The notes beneath the pieces are model-generated. The model had not been told where the DNA came from and did not search any database. It worked only from the letters and a program-made list of their open reading frames with translations. Position numbers and translations under genes: made by a program. A DNA stretch of 60,974 bases, the filler included, from Nemertoderma westbladi (lineage: Eukaryota > Animalia > Xenacoelomorpha): NCBI GenBank assembly GCA_032718475.1. It is 3 parts of 3 records of this genome, joined end to end, with 100 filler letters (N's around TTAATTAATTAA, not from the genome) between each part and the next. Parts side by side here need not be neighbours in the genome. Positions count along the whole stretch, not along the records: positions 19,632 to 47,942 come from JAUCBJ010004328.1; 2 more parts are not named here. The stretch is one strand, 5' to 3'. Shown here in pieces: positions 24,397 through 36,821 of the stretch (position 1 is the stretch's first letter; every line of letters starts with the position of its first letter).

Positions 24397-24963
24397 CCGA
24401 GGTACCACTCGTAGCAGTTTAATTCCCAATATTATATTTTTAATTGTCTAAAATTTGTTTTATTATGGCTTTTCCCTTGATAACTCCACTCTGTGTGATA
24501 ATGTGGCTTTTTGCCAATATAATGTGAAATGTCAACGAAGTTTATGTAGTGGGGTCTGACTCTTTATCACATCCAAACATTAACGAACCATTGTTATAAT
24601 ACCATCACGCCAATCCACCCATTTCATTATGGGCCATCGCTAAAAATAGGGGCCCGGAAAACATTAAATGGTATTCTTATGGTGCCTTTATTTATATTAT
24701 TTTAACCCATAACCATTATTACAACAAATAATAGAGTAATTTGTGGGTACCAGTCAATGGAAGGATGTGAGTTGTGATACACTTGGAGTTAGACCCATAT
24801 GGCGGATAGATGCTTCCCAGATGATATTATTCCACAAAACTGTAAAAAAATATTGATGTTTTGTATATTTATACAATAATTACTGCAAAAATCAACTGCC
24901 ATTTAATAAGTAACATTAACATTCATTTAATAAATTAACTTTACATAGCTATCGTTCATAGGT

Positions 24964-26964
24964 GGGTGATTCTCATCAAATCTGTACCGCGTTGCGGACG
25001 GGATATTTGCATATTTCATGGCCGTTTATTACTCATACTAACCATCATAGATAGGAAAGTAATGGCTCATTTTATTCGACAATAATATTCCAACCTATGT
25101 GCCACAAAAAAGCTTCTGCAAAAATATATCATGACCTCTTGAAGTCAAAATAATAATAAAATGTGTCCCATCCACAACATTTGTGAAAAAAAGGGGAAAA
25201 AAAAGGGGAAAAACCTACGTTAGTATAATTTACGAACATTATGCTCAAAGATTAGCTCTTCAATATTACGTGGTATATGTCCAGCTTACGTTTTAAAGTG
25301 AAAATAATACGGATTGATCTATTTTTAGGCTTTGATTTTAGCTTCATCTGTGGAAGAAAAAATGTCATGCTAAATGTCCCATCCGAAACATTCTTCATTT
25401 AGGGGAACACGAATGGTATTATAACGTGTATTTTTGTGCCAAAACTTGGTCAATTATTACAGACACACAGTATTGTAGAAATTAGACACAATCTCCCAAG
25501 TATTATTGAAAAATTACTCAAATTTCTACCGTGTGTTTGAAATTACAAGCAACCTGTCCCATCCGCAACGGGCGTTTCTTGTAAGCCCTGGACACTATCA
25601 AGTGGCTATTTATATCACATCAACCCTACTAATTAATAAATAATAAAAAAAGTTTACATATATTAGCCATTATTCCCGGGTAGACAAGTAAATGCCAATG
25701 TCCCATCCGCAACGGATGTCCCATCCATAACACCTCAATTTAGGTATATGATACTCACTTATACAGCCAATGTAAGATGTTATGTTTTATATTATCGTAA
25801 TATTTGTGATCTGAACATGTTAATGATTTAAATTTAACTTGAAAAATCCTTCAGCCACATTATTATCAGTTTCCAAGAAGCATATTGATTGAGGTCTATT
25901 TGTACAATAAAACTCCTCATTGTGAACAATGTCAAGCCACAAGATATTGGTATGTCAACAACGTCGGTATTATACTTTACAAGCCTTGATTGACCCATTA
26001 ATTATTTTCACAATGCCAAATGACTTTATGTGAAAAGTCAATAATAAAATTGGAAACTAATGCAGTTCAGGAAGAAACGTAAGAGTTTGATGGCAACTGT
26101 CCAGTCCATATTGTCAAACAAAATGACATTGGGGACATTAATATGCAACTTTCAGAAGTTCCACTGACTATACTGGTGGTTTCTTAACTTTTTAGTATTT
26201 AGTATTTACTATTTAAGTATTTACTAATTTGTTATGAAAGTTGCGGGCGGGACTTAGTTGAATCATTATAAAATTGCAAAATAATGTTTGTGTTATGAAC
26301 ATAGAGGCTGCTGTCCTTTTCAATCGCTGCCATCTTTCTCTCCAATTGGTGTTGCTTTAAATTTCCCGTAATCCCACAATATTCGATAAACAAGTATATA
26401 ATGTCCCATCCGCAACATTCACAATGAACCAGAAGTATGATTTTACGGAGGCACCAATTAAATATTTAGTTGTATCACTGTGGTATTGTAGAACATGTTC
26501 AACAATTATCTGTGACGTTGATAATTTATATATTAGCTTCTTATTTCCCTAGAGATGGGTCCACAAAAGATACGTTGCGGAATTTCTTAGATTTTTTAAG
26601 AATTCTTATATAATTTTAGTTTTTTTTACGTATTTTTATAACAATAAGGTTCTTATTTTTTAGCAAAATGAATGCTTAAACATTGTTGTTAGTTTCTTAA
26701 CTCAAAATATCAGTGTATTTTATGTGCAAACATATTTTATCAGCACAATGACATGGCTTTGTCCCATCCGCAACAATGGCAGACAACCAGATTTAAAATG
26801 CTGTATTTTTAAAACCACAATTTCTTTTGCAATGGAAACTTTAAAACACCACACTAGTATTATAATACAATATTTTAGTACTGGAATATTTAACTTTCTG
26901 GAAACTTTTTTTTGACCCCTTTTGTCCCGTCCGCAACGCGGTACAGATTTGATGATAATCACCC
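24964..26964. mobile_element. 2.0-kb non-autonomous DNA transposon (Sola-like)
   Basis: 40-bp TIR GGGTGATT.TCATCAAATCTGTACCGCGTTGCGGACGGGA, 4-bp TSD AGGT (24960-24963, 26965-26968), about 8 internal TGTCCCATCCGCAAC motifs. Confidence 0.8.
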
Positions 26965-27458
26965 AGGTAATCGAAGGTAAACTAAAGATGTTTATTGATT
27001 CTTATTACATAACAATTAATAATGGATTGAAATGAAAGTAGTTATATAAATTTAGCGGTAGAGTATTATATGACAACATACCAATATCGTTGTCATAGAG
27101 ACTGACATCAACAGTTTGGCACCGTCCATAACAATGTGACCGAGGCTTAGCAATAAAATGAACTGCACCTTGAATAACGCGCAGAGCGCTGTTCATAAAT
27201 TCGGATGAAATCTACAAATAACAAATAATACACCAAAAAATCATATAATATATCAAAACCGAAAGTAAAAAAAACTAATATATACAACTAATCTAAGTGA
27301 CTATATTTAATGCAATATTACTTATATTGATGCGTTTGTTATCAAAGATAAATGACACATCGATAATAATTTATTATATTAATTGATAGAGGTAGAAACC
27401 AATAGGATTCAATAACAGGAATGAAATTCTAAAACATATTTACACTGAAATTCAAGAA

Positions 27459-27852
27459 GGGGATGGGGGGGGGGATTGAGAATGTGGATGGGGGGGGGGG
27501 GGTGATGTGGGGTGGGTGGGGGGGTGAATGGGGGAAGGTGGGGGGGGGGGAAGTGGGTGGGGTGGGGGGGTGATGGGTGGGGGGTGGGGGGGTGATGTGG
27601 GGGGTGGGGGGAGGTGAAGTGGGGGGGTGGGGGGCGGGATTGGGTGGTGGGGGGGGGTGTGGGGGGGTGGGGGGGGGGGAGGGGGAGGGGAGCGGGGGTG
27701 GTGGGGGGGAGGCGGATGTGGTTGGGGGGGATGTGGGTGGGGGATGTGGGTGGGGGATGTGGGTGGGGGGTGTGGGTGGAGTTGAGGGAGGGGGGAGGGG
27801 GGTGGGGAAATGAGCGTGGGGTGGGTGGGGGGGGGGGGGGGGGGGGGGGGGT
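27459..27852 (+). repeat. G-rich low-complexity tract (G-quadruplex potential)
   Basis: Continuous G-runs separated by TGAT/GT/ATGT linkers. Confidence 0.85.
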
Positions 27853-28348
27853 GTATCCAGTCTTCTAACTTCTAACTCTTACGATAGACTTAGTTTCGCA
27901 TTTTGTTTAGGTGTTTTTACGTCCTATTTGTGTATCAGTAGCAAATAAAATCTGAACGAGTCATCAGCATACAAAAAGTTAGGAATGCTTTTTAAGTAAT
28001 CCATGTTGCCGTCGACTCATACCGTACGACTGTAGCTCGGACTTAATACAATAGAAGGGGGGGGGGGGGGGGATAGCCTTCGCTAGTTAGTTACAACTCA
28101 ATGCGTCATAAACCTTTAAGGGTTTATGCCACCTTGGTTATAACTTGGTTCATGGCGCAATAAGCCTTAATAAAAATAGTTACCGGTATAGCAAAAGTTA
28201 TTTCTAGGCAGTATATATATATCAATATCGCTCGCTAATTATGTTTAATATAAAAAAAATGAAAGCGTGAATAAATAATATATATTGCGAAAGTGGATCA
28301 CACGACTAAGTAGTGCAGGGCGCAGGGTTATAATTCGGGGGAATTTGT

Positions 28349-28934
28349 TTACCCGGTCGAGGATTTACCACGCTCGTATTCTTCCAACTGGGTCACGTAC
28401 TTCTCCATAGAATGGCCCCGGGCCCGGTTGAATCGATCCATCGACTCCTGCGCTGTACATCCGCACACATCCACCAAATATTTGCAGACCAGGAAACCGG
28501 TTCGGTTCAACCCGTGGGTGCAATGCACGCCGATTAAATCCTCCGGGTAATCCCGTCGGAAGTTATCCACGATCGACTTGAAACGTTCGAAAACATCGGC
28601 TGTTGTCGTCTGCAACCCATGACAACGGATTCGCGCGTATTCTATATCGTAGAGCTGGTAATCGCTAGAATCGTAGTACCGCTTCCTATTAGTTTAGATC
28701 TATAACTAAACCGAGTTTGCTGTTCCTATCCTTTACCATTGCCACTAAATCTGAGACCTGGAAGGCATTGTCCGGGTTGGAGAGTTTACTCAGAATTGCT
28801 GTTTTCAGTGGGACTTTAAAACAAACGAAGGGCGTGTCCGCAATGACATCACTAATAGGGCAATATTTCTCCCATCGCTTTGGCAGCCGGTTGCAATCAT
28901 ATTGGCTATCATCGTTAAAGTCAATTACGTCCAT
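28349..28934 (-). pseudogene. DUSP11: DUSP11/PIR1-like RNA 5'-triphosphatase, intronless, interrupted by a 1-nt frameshift near 28693
   Basis: LPKRWEKYCPI..TPFVCFKVPL..LGLVIDL, then (removing one A) TNRKRYYD..IEYARIRCHG..LIGVHCTHGLNRTGFLVCKYL..FNRARGHSME. Catalytic HCX5R intact; ~194 aa when repaired. May be an intact gene with an assembly error. Confidence 0.8.
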
Positions 28935-29257
28935 TCACTCAATAAAATAATCAAATAATTTTATATAAAGTAAAGGATTTCAGTTACTGCCTATGCTATC
29001 TGCAGATCTGTGTTTAACGCTAAAACTTGATTACCAGATTACTGCAGCTGTGTACTGCTGTACTGCTGTTGTACTGACACTGTACTGCCAGAACACTAAG
29101 GAAATTTGGATGGACAACCTGTAGGCATACCGGTACCTTACAGCCTTACAGCTTAAACAGGGTCACAGAAAGACAAGTACAGGTAAGCCTAGCACAATGA
29201 GCTCGTGAGTCGTGTCGTGACAGGTGAGGTGGTGATTGCATGGTGTAGTGATTTCAT

Positions 29258-29310
29258 TGAATTCACATATCTCGGTGCTCGGAGGTCGTGGGTTCAATCA
29301 ATCACCGCAT
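29258..29310 (+). mobile_element. Possible degenerate tRNA-derived SINE head
   Basis: TGGTGTAGTGA ... GAGGTCGTGGGTTCAATC resemble A and B boxes. Confidence 0.3.
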
Positions 29311-30439
29311 GGGCCAGGGCAGTTTTTGTTTCGGCACGAATGCTTTGTAAGGGACTAGCTTAGCAATAGCCAAGGCAGGGCGAATCTATGCATTGCATCC
29401 TTCGATATGGTAAGCTCTGCGGAGTAGGCCTATAGATAGTTTTGGGAAGACGGTGAGTACAAAACAAAGACCCAAGTCTTTACTCCTCGGGGAGAGGAGA
29501 GGGCTCAGTGAGATTGTGACAAACCCTGTGAGGAGTGCACATAGTGCTGCACTTTGATTGCAAGTGAAAAATATGATCTTCAGCGCAAACTGACCACAAG
29601 TAAAGTTTTGAAATAAAGAATGAATGTGTTTTGAAAGTTTTGAAATAAAGTTTTGTTTATTGTTTTGGTTAGAAAATATCGACACAGTAACCTGCTCCTT
29701 TCTCTTAGCGATTTTAATAAATTTAATAAATAAAGTTTTTGGCCAGGTTTCCATTTCAACGAATTGTTGACAAAATTTAAAATTAATGGGTAAATTTAAA
29801 AAAAAAACCATAAAAATAAATTGTATTATAAATTCAAACAAATTTAAAAGTAAGCAAATACAATGGAATACAATACAAATTTTTCATAGCTTGTATCATA
29901 TTCAGGACTATCTACATGCTGAGCTGACTGACTACTTTTTTCCAAGAATAGTTTTATTTGTTTGGGCTCAGCCTCTCTAACACTTAATATATATATAGTA
30001 CACGTATGCCCATTATTATGTGTCAGTGCATATAGAAACCAGACAATTCCGGGCAGAATTCATTTTGAGAAAATGGACAATGAAGTTAAAAAAAATATTC
30101 AAAAAATTTATCTTTTCAAAATATATTTATTAGGTATGTTTATCTTCATTGAACATGAAAGTTTTGAAAAAATGTTATGTTTTGACGGACTATCTGACTG
30201 TCGGTCTCTATCTGTCTGTCTGTCAAAAATGTAAGGAAGTTTACTAACTGACTAACATTTTCGTTATGGGGGTATTTTTGGGCGGTGATTGCACTTCCGA
30301 TGTCAGTTTTTAAGTTTTATGGATTCAAGACTGTTTGCATGTCTGTCGGTCTGTCTGTCTGTCAAAAAATATGATAAAGTTTACTTACTGACTAAAATTT
30401 TCGTTATGGGGGGTATTTGTGGGCGGTGATTTCACTTCC

Positions 30440-31007
30440 TGTGACGGGATCCGAGAGGATCCCGGTTTATCCGGTGTTGTTTATGTACGCGTCCCCGCCG
30501 TGTGAGTGAAAAGGAGTTCGTTGTTCTTCCAATGTCATTGATAATATAAAGTGTATGTATAATATAGATATAATGGCAGATAGCACAGTTGAGATAACTA
30601 CCGTATGTGTGATAACTGAATGATATGTGATGGGTGACGGCGGTGATGGTCTTAAACGTCACCGTACTGCCGTGACTGTACTGAGATAACTGGGTAAATG
30701 AGAAAGCACCAACCGGTAATATACTGCTCTAGGTTTGGCCGTGTTACTCAGCTGATGCCTGCCCCCCCATTGGCTAGTAACCTACTTCACACCTTCTACT
30801 CTGTGGGAGAGTTCCCCCCCCCCCCCCCCCCCCGCTGCTGTTACTCTCTCTCCTTGACCTCTAACCTCTATTGTGTGAGGCCCTTTGGGGTTTGTCGCCC
30901 CGCTTATTGGGGTGATACAAGGTTGATTGGTAATCAACCTTGTACTCCCAATATTGCCTAATACCAACTTTGTGTGGGCCTGGTTAGCGGAATTGAATAC
31001 GCTCACA
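30440..31007 (-). repeat. 3' LTR (568 bp)
   Basis: TGTGACGGGATCC...ATACGCTCACA; matches 38919-39474. Confidence 0.95.
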
Positions 31008-32345
31008 CTCCCCCCCATGCTATCTTCCCGGTGAGAAGATAGCATCAACCTCAAAGTGCGCTACAATTCCGCTGGATCCCGATCTACCATCGGGTGTGGG
31101 GTGGAGCTATTTTCTTCGGAGCCGGCTTTCCAGGCCGCTCCCTATGGGTATGATATCGCTACCCCGTTTTCCTGGCGTCCCGTGTCGGGCCGATCGTGAC
31201 TTCCTCTCACACGACTTTTGTTTCCCCAACACTTTCACCGCTAACTCCGCTCCACTTTCACCCTAACTCTTCTCTACTTCTCCTCACTCTCGTCTAACCC
31301 TCGGACCTCCTTGTCCCTCACTCTATCTCTCACTCCTCCCCCCCCACACTTGAATTGCACTCGCACTCTCTCCTCGCGTTCTCTACTCAACCTCTCGCTA
31401 TCTTTCTTGCGTTCTCCTCTCATACTCTTCTCACATTCCTCTCATACTCCTCTCATACTCCTCACTCTCCACGCCTGTGGTCCCACCAAGTGCCCCTCCT
31501 ACTCGTATCCCGGTAGTGCCCATCTGCACGATTCTTATCCCGCAGGATACGAGCTTTCACAATAAATCCTGAGCTCCGCCCTGTTGTTCAATGACCACAC
31601 ACTTATCGGGTCCCATGCATGTGCGCACATGTTAGTGGGAGCCGTCTAAGTCCCGTCCTGTCGCCCTAGTCAATTAGTCCCCAGTCCCAGTAGCTAATTG
31701 GAAAAAGGTTGTGCTTGACTACGGTACATATTATATGGTCGTCTACATCCTACTACCCACTACTCTCTCTCCGCCTTTCTCGCCTGGCGACTTCTTCCAG
31801 TCGCTTCCCCTCCAGTCTATCCGCTTCCAACTTCTCCCAGCTCTCTTGTGTATCCACCTCCCTGTCTACTAGATGCCGGCTGTTGTATTACACCGACTCG
31901 CCCTCCAGCCCCGGGTGGTCTACCAGACCTCCGAAAGCCACCTAGAAGGCCCTTCTGTAGTTCTGAGGTGATCCTGATATTCTTAACTTTCATTCTTATT
32001 CTGTTTCACCCATGTTTGCCCCTGTGCTATCATACTATCTACTTACCTACTAACTTCTTGTCTAACTAACTCTGCTAACTCTAATTCTACTACTACCTCT
32101 AACTCCGCTACTAACTCTCTACTAAGTCTACTCCACTAGCTCTACTAACTCTGCTAACTCCATTTACTCTCTACTAACTCTACTCCACTAGCTCTACTAA
32201 CTCTGCTAACTCCACTAGCTCTACTAACTCCCTGGCTCTACTGACTCTCTAACTCTACTGACTCTCTAACTCTACTGACTCTCTAACTCTACTGGCTCTC
32301 TAACTCTACTGGCTCTCTACCTCCACTAACTCTACTGACTCTCTA

Positions 32346-32530
32346 ACTCTCTCAACTAACGGTACTACGTACCCTCTTACTACTTCTAACTCTCTTACTA
32401 ACGGTACTACGTACCCTCTTACTACTTCTAACTCTCTTACTAACGGTACTACGTACCCTCTTACTACTTCTAACTCTCTTACTAACGGTACTACGTACCC
32501 TCTTACTACTTCTAACTCTCTTACTAACGG
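32346..32530. repeat. 42-bp tandem repeat inside LTR element (LINE target; resumes at 35942)
   Basis: CTAACGGTACTACGTACCCTCTTACTACTTCTAACTCTCTTA x ~4.5; related units continue to ~36540. Confidence 0.9.
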
Positions 32531-35500
32531 CGAATAACTAAATAAGGCCGTCAACTAAATAAGTCATTGAGGGCTATAGCGCCTAGGGCACCATTGAAGG
32601 CAAAGGCTTGATACGCATCTGCATTAGAGATGATACACGCCCCGCCCTGTCTATACTGGATGCTCCTCTACCAGTGTTAGGTAACCTAACCCAGGAGGCA
32701 CACTTGGTTCAGGGTGTAACAAATGGACCCCTTCAGTCGGCAGCAGGGCTGTAGGCCATGGATAGGCGGAAGGTAATCAACCAACGGCTAGACATGCTGA
32801 CAAGGTCGGCGGAAGGTAATCAACCAACGGCGACCTACTGCGAAGACGCTTGTAGGAGTTGCGAACACAAGCGGTTTACCCCCGCAACTGAAAGATATGA
32901 GTATGAGAACCCTCCAGGAGAAATACCGGCTCGGTCGTCGCCCGGGTCAACAAGGACCGCGTCCCTCAGTGGTACACCAGGCTGGGGTCGATAAATTGGC
33001 TACTGGAACAGAAGACAGAGAAGAAAGAAGAACCAACCTGTTGAAATGTAAAAAGACACTAAAGATTGCTACAATGAACGCACGCACGCTGAAAGCACAG
33101 AGCAAACAGGGTGACATGGTCGCTCTGGCAATGGAATATAACATCAACATCATCTGCATCCAAGAACATCGGATTTGTCATGAAGACACTGCCATGAAGT
33201 ACAATGACATTGGAAATGGATGGACGTTAGTAACAAGCTCAGCAGTAAGAAACTCGGCCAATGCATCAATTGGTGGAGTAGGAATTCTGCTAAGCCCATT
33301 TGCACTTAAGACCCTAAACAACATCGAATCTATAAATTCCAGGGTTATGATCGCAACATTTGATGGGAATCCCAAGACAACAGTTATATGTTGCTACAGT
33401 CCAACCAATGCATCAGAGCCAGAACAAGCAGTCAAGTTTTATGAAGAACTGACTGGACTTATTAAGGACATCCCGAAACACAATGTTAAAGTCATTGCTG
33501 GTGACCTGAATGCGCAAATTGGCCCAGAAGACATCAAGGGTTACACCTATAACACCAGTTCTAACAGAAATGGGTACTTACTCTTAGACCTAATGGAAGA
33601 ATGTGAATTGATACCAACAAACAACACATTCGAAAAGAGTAAGGGGAAGCTATGGACCTTTCAATACCCTAATGGAACCAAAGCACAACTGGATTACATC
33701 CTTATAAACAAAAAGTGGAGAAATAGCATGATCAACTGCGAGGTCAACCTAATTGGTTCGGACCACAGAATTGTGACTGCAGAGATCAGACTCAGTTTGA
33801 GACCCAGCAAACCCAGGACAAGCAAGCATATCAACTATGACTGGGAGAAACTCAGAACTGACAATGCTGTAAAGGATGCTTATACAGTAGAAGTTCAAAA
33901 CCGCTTTGAAGCACTTCAGTCAATGGATGAAGACCAATCCACCGATTCAATATAGCAGAATATAATAACAGCCCACAAGGAATCAGCTAAGAGGCATATC
34001 CCCCAGAAACCTAAACGAAAACAGTATGTGCCATGGCAAAACTCTGAGGTTACTTGTAAGAGAGAAGATCTTAAGATAGCCTACAAAGTTAAAACCGAAC
34101 AACCAACAACCGAAAACATTAACAAGGTTGAGAAAGCGAAGGACGATCTTAAATTGGCCTACAACATCAGCCAGGAAAAGTACATACAGGATAAAACTGA
34201 AGCAATTACAACAGCTCACATACAGCAACAATCAAGACTTACCTGGCAAACTGTAAATGAGGTATCTGGTCGGAAAAGTTGTGCAAAGGGGCGCCTCAAA
34301 GCCGATAGTCCTGAAGAACGTGTTGGGAAGTGGAAAAATCACTTCAGCAACTTGCTTGGGCAGCCACCAAACATCGAGGTCAGCCCTACAAGGAAAATAT
34401 ATGACAAGACACTACCTATAGAAACAGGGGACTTCACACCTGCCGAACTCCAAAGAAGCATTAAAAGCATGTCCAATAATAAAGCGAGTGGATTAGATGA
34501 AATCCCAGCGGAGGTATGGAAAACCGGAGTGCTAAATAGACCATTATTGAATGTTTGCAACCGGATGTTAAAAGGGGAAAAGCCACCACCAATTTGGACT
34601 AAAGGTCAACTAAAGCCTCTCCCCAAGAAAGGAGACCTCGGCATACCAACAAACTATCGTGGGATCTGTCTGCTTGTGGTAGCTGCCAAAATATACAATA
34701 AAATGATTCTATATAGGATTAGGCCTCACATAGAGAAACTACTGCGTAAGAGCCAAAACGGATTTCGACCAAGTAGATCAACAATAGCTCAGATACTTGC
34801 ACTACGGAGACTGATTGAAGGAATTAAGTCAAAGAATCTCCCCGCAGTCATGACTTTTGTGGACTTCAAGAAGGCATTCGACTCCATCCATAGAGGTAAA
34901 ATGCTTGAAATCCTAAGAGCTTATGGAATACCAGAAGTAATTGTTGCTGGCATTGGATTGCTATATTGTGACACAGAAGCGCAGATACTCTCACCAGATG
35001 GTGAAACTGAGTTTTTCTCAATCCTGGCTGGCGTACTGCAAGGTGACACATTAGCACCATTACTATTTGTAATTGTGCTGGATTACGCAAAGAGGACGGC
35101 CACAAAGGGTGAAGATCTGGGATTCACACTTCAAGAACGCAGAAGTAGTAGATATCCGGCAACTGCAGTCACAGACACTGACTTTGCGGATGACATCGCC
35201 CTGCTCTCTAATACGCTAGCAGATGCACAGCTTCTACTAAATAAAGTGGAGAGGGCTGCTAAGGAGGTTGGATTGCATATAAATGCTACCAAGACCGAAT
35301 TCATGACCTTTAATGTTGATGGAAACTTGACAACCATTGATAATAATCAACTAAGGAAGGTCGATGACTTCCAGTACCTTGGATCATGGATAGAGAGTAG
35401 CAAAAAGGACATAGAAGTTAGGAAAGCAAAGGCTTGGGTAGCTCTATCAAAAATGGATACCATCTGGAAATCAGATCTCTCCAGGCACCTGAAGACCAAG

Positions 35501-35941
35501 TTCTTTCGAGCCACAGTGGAAAGTGTATTTTTATACGGGGGTGAGACCTGGACACTGACTAAATCACTTGAACAACGAATTGATGGTTGCTACACAAGAC
35601 TACTAAGGGCAGCCCTAAACATCAGCTGGAGACAACACATGACAAACGCCGAGCTTTATGGTACAATACCACCTGTATCAACCACCCTCCGCGAACGCAG
35701 ATTAAGATTCAGTGGGCACTGCTGGCGAAGTAAAGACGAGGTCATACCAGATCTACTTCTCTGGCAACCAACTCATGGAAAGCGTAGTCGTGGACGACCT
35801 GCCATAACATATATAGATCAACTTGAAAGGGATACTGAACTTGGGAGAAACGAAATTGCGACAACTATGGAGAATCGGGAAGCCTGGAAGGATCTCATTT
35901 CCACTGTCTGAGTTCGCTCGACCTAGTAGTAGTAGTAGTAG
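32531..35941 (+). mobile_element. Apparently full-length RTE-type non-LTR retrotransposon
   Basis: ~370-bp 5' UTR, single APE-RT frame, very short 3' UTR, (TAG)n tail, TSD TACTAACGG (32522-32530, 35942-35950). Confidence 0.9.
32897..35911 (+). pseudogene. APE endonuclease-reverse transcriptase ORF with one in-frame stop (TAG 33953-33955)
   Basis: EN motifs ATMNART, ICIQEHR, GDLNAQ, LDYIL, SDH; RT motifs NYRGICL, QNGFR, FVDFKKAFDS, GVLQGDTLAP, FADD, YLG. ORFs 32897 and 34028 share a frame. Confidence 0.93.
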
Positions 35942-36821
35942 TACTAACGGTACTACGTACCGTCTCACTACTTCTAACTCTCTTACTAACGGTACTACGT
36001 ACCCTCTTACTACTTCTACTAACTTCTCCAGCTAACGGTACTACCTACCTTCTCACTACTCTCACTAACTCCTCTACCTGCACGCGACGGTCTGAGTGCC
36101 GGCAGAGTGGGTATGTTAATTGTGTAGACTACTACTAACTCTACCTCCATCTACGTGGCGCTTGCGGTGCCCACAACCACAACCGGTACTACGTACCCTC
36201 TTACTAACTCTACCTCTATCTACGTGGCGCTTGCGGTGCCCACAACCACAACCGGTACTACGTACCCTCTTACTAACTTCTTTCTCACTATCTAACTAGC
36301 GGTACTACTTGCTACTCACTAACGGTACTACGTACCCTCTTACTAACTTCTTTCCCACTATCTAACTAGCGGTACTACTTGCTACTCACTAACAGTACTA
36401 CGTACCCTCTTACTAACTTCTTTCCCACTATCTAACTAGCGGTACTACTTGCTACTTGCTACTCACTAACGGTACTACGTACCCTCTTACTAACTTCTTT
36501 CCCACTATCTAACTAGCGGTACTACATACTCTTTTACTAACCTCTAACTCCCACTAACTCTAATTAACATACCCTGCTCTTACATCAAACACGTCATCAC
36601 GCCCGTGCCCTACTTATTCTAACGCACCCCCTGTACCCTTCTCATCTCTCCCATCTTTCTCCCTTCTAGCTCACCCTACTTGTTCTCCCTACGTTCTCAC
36701 CCTACTTGTTTGTTTGCTCCTATATGTTCTCACCCTACTTGTTTGTTTGCTCCTATATGTTCTCACCCTACTTGTTTGTTCTTGGTTGTCTATACTGCGG
36801 ATATTTTGTAATGGGGGAATG

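Noticed and set aside
27577-27868. Gly-rich ORFs
   Set aside because: Poly-G low-complexity sequence.
32531-32760. HDV-like ribozyme in the RTE 5' UTR
   Set aside because: Known in some RTE elements and hairpins are present, but I could not assemble the double pseudoknot by eye; needs a covariance or descriptor search.
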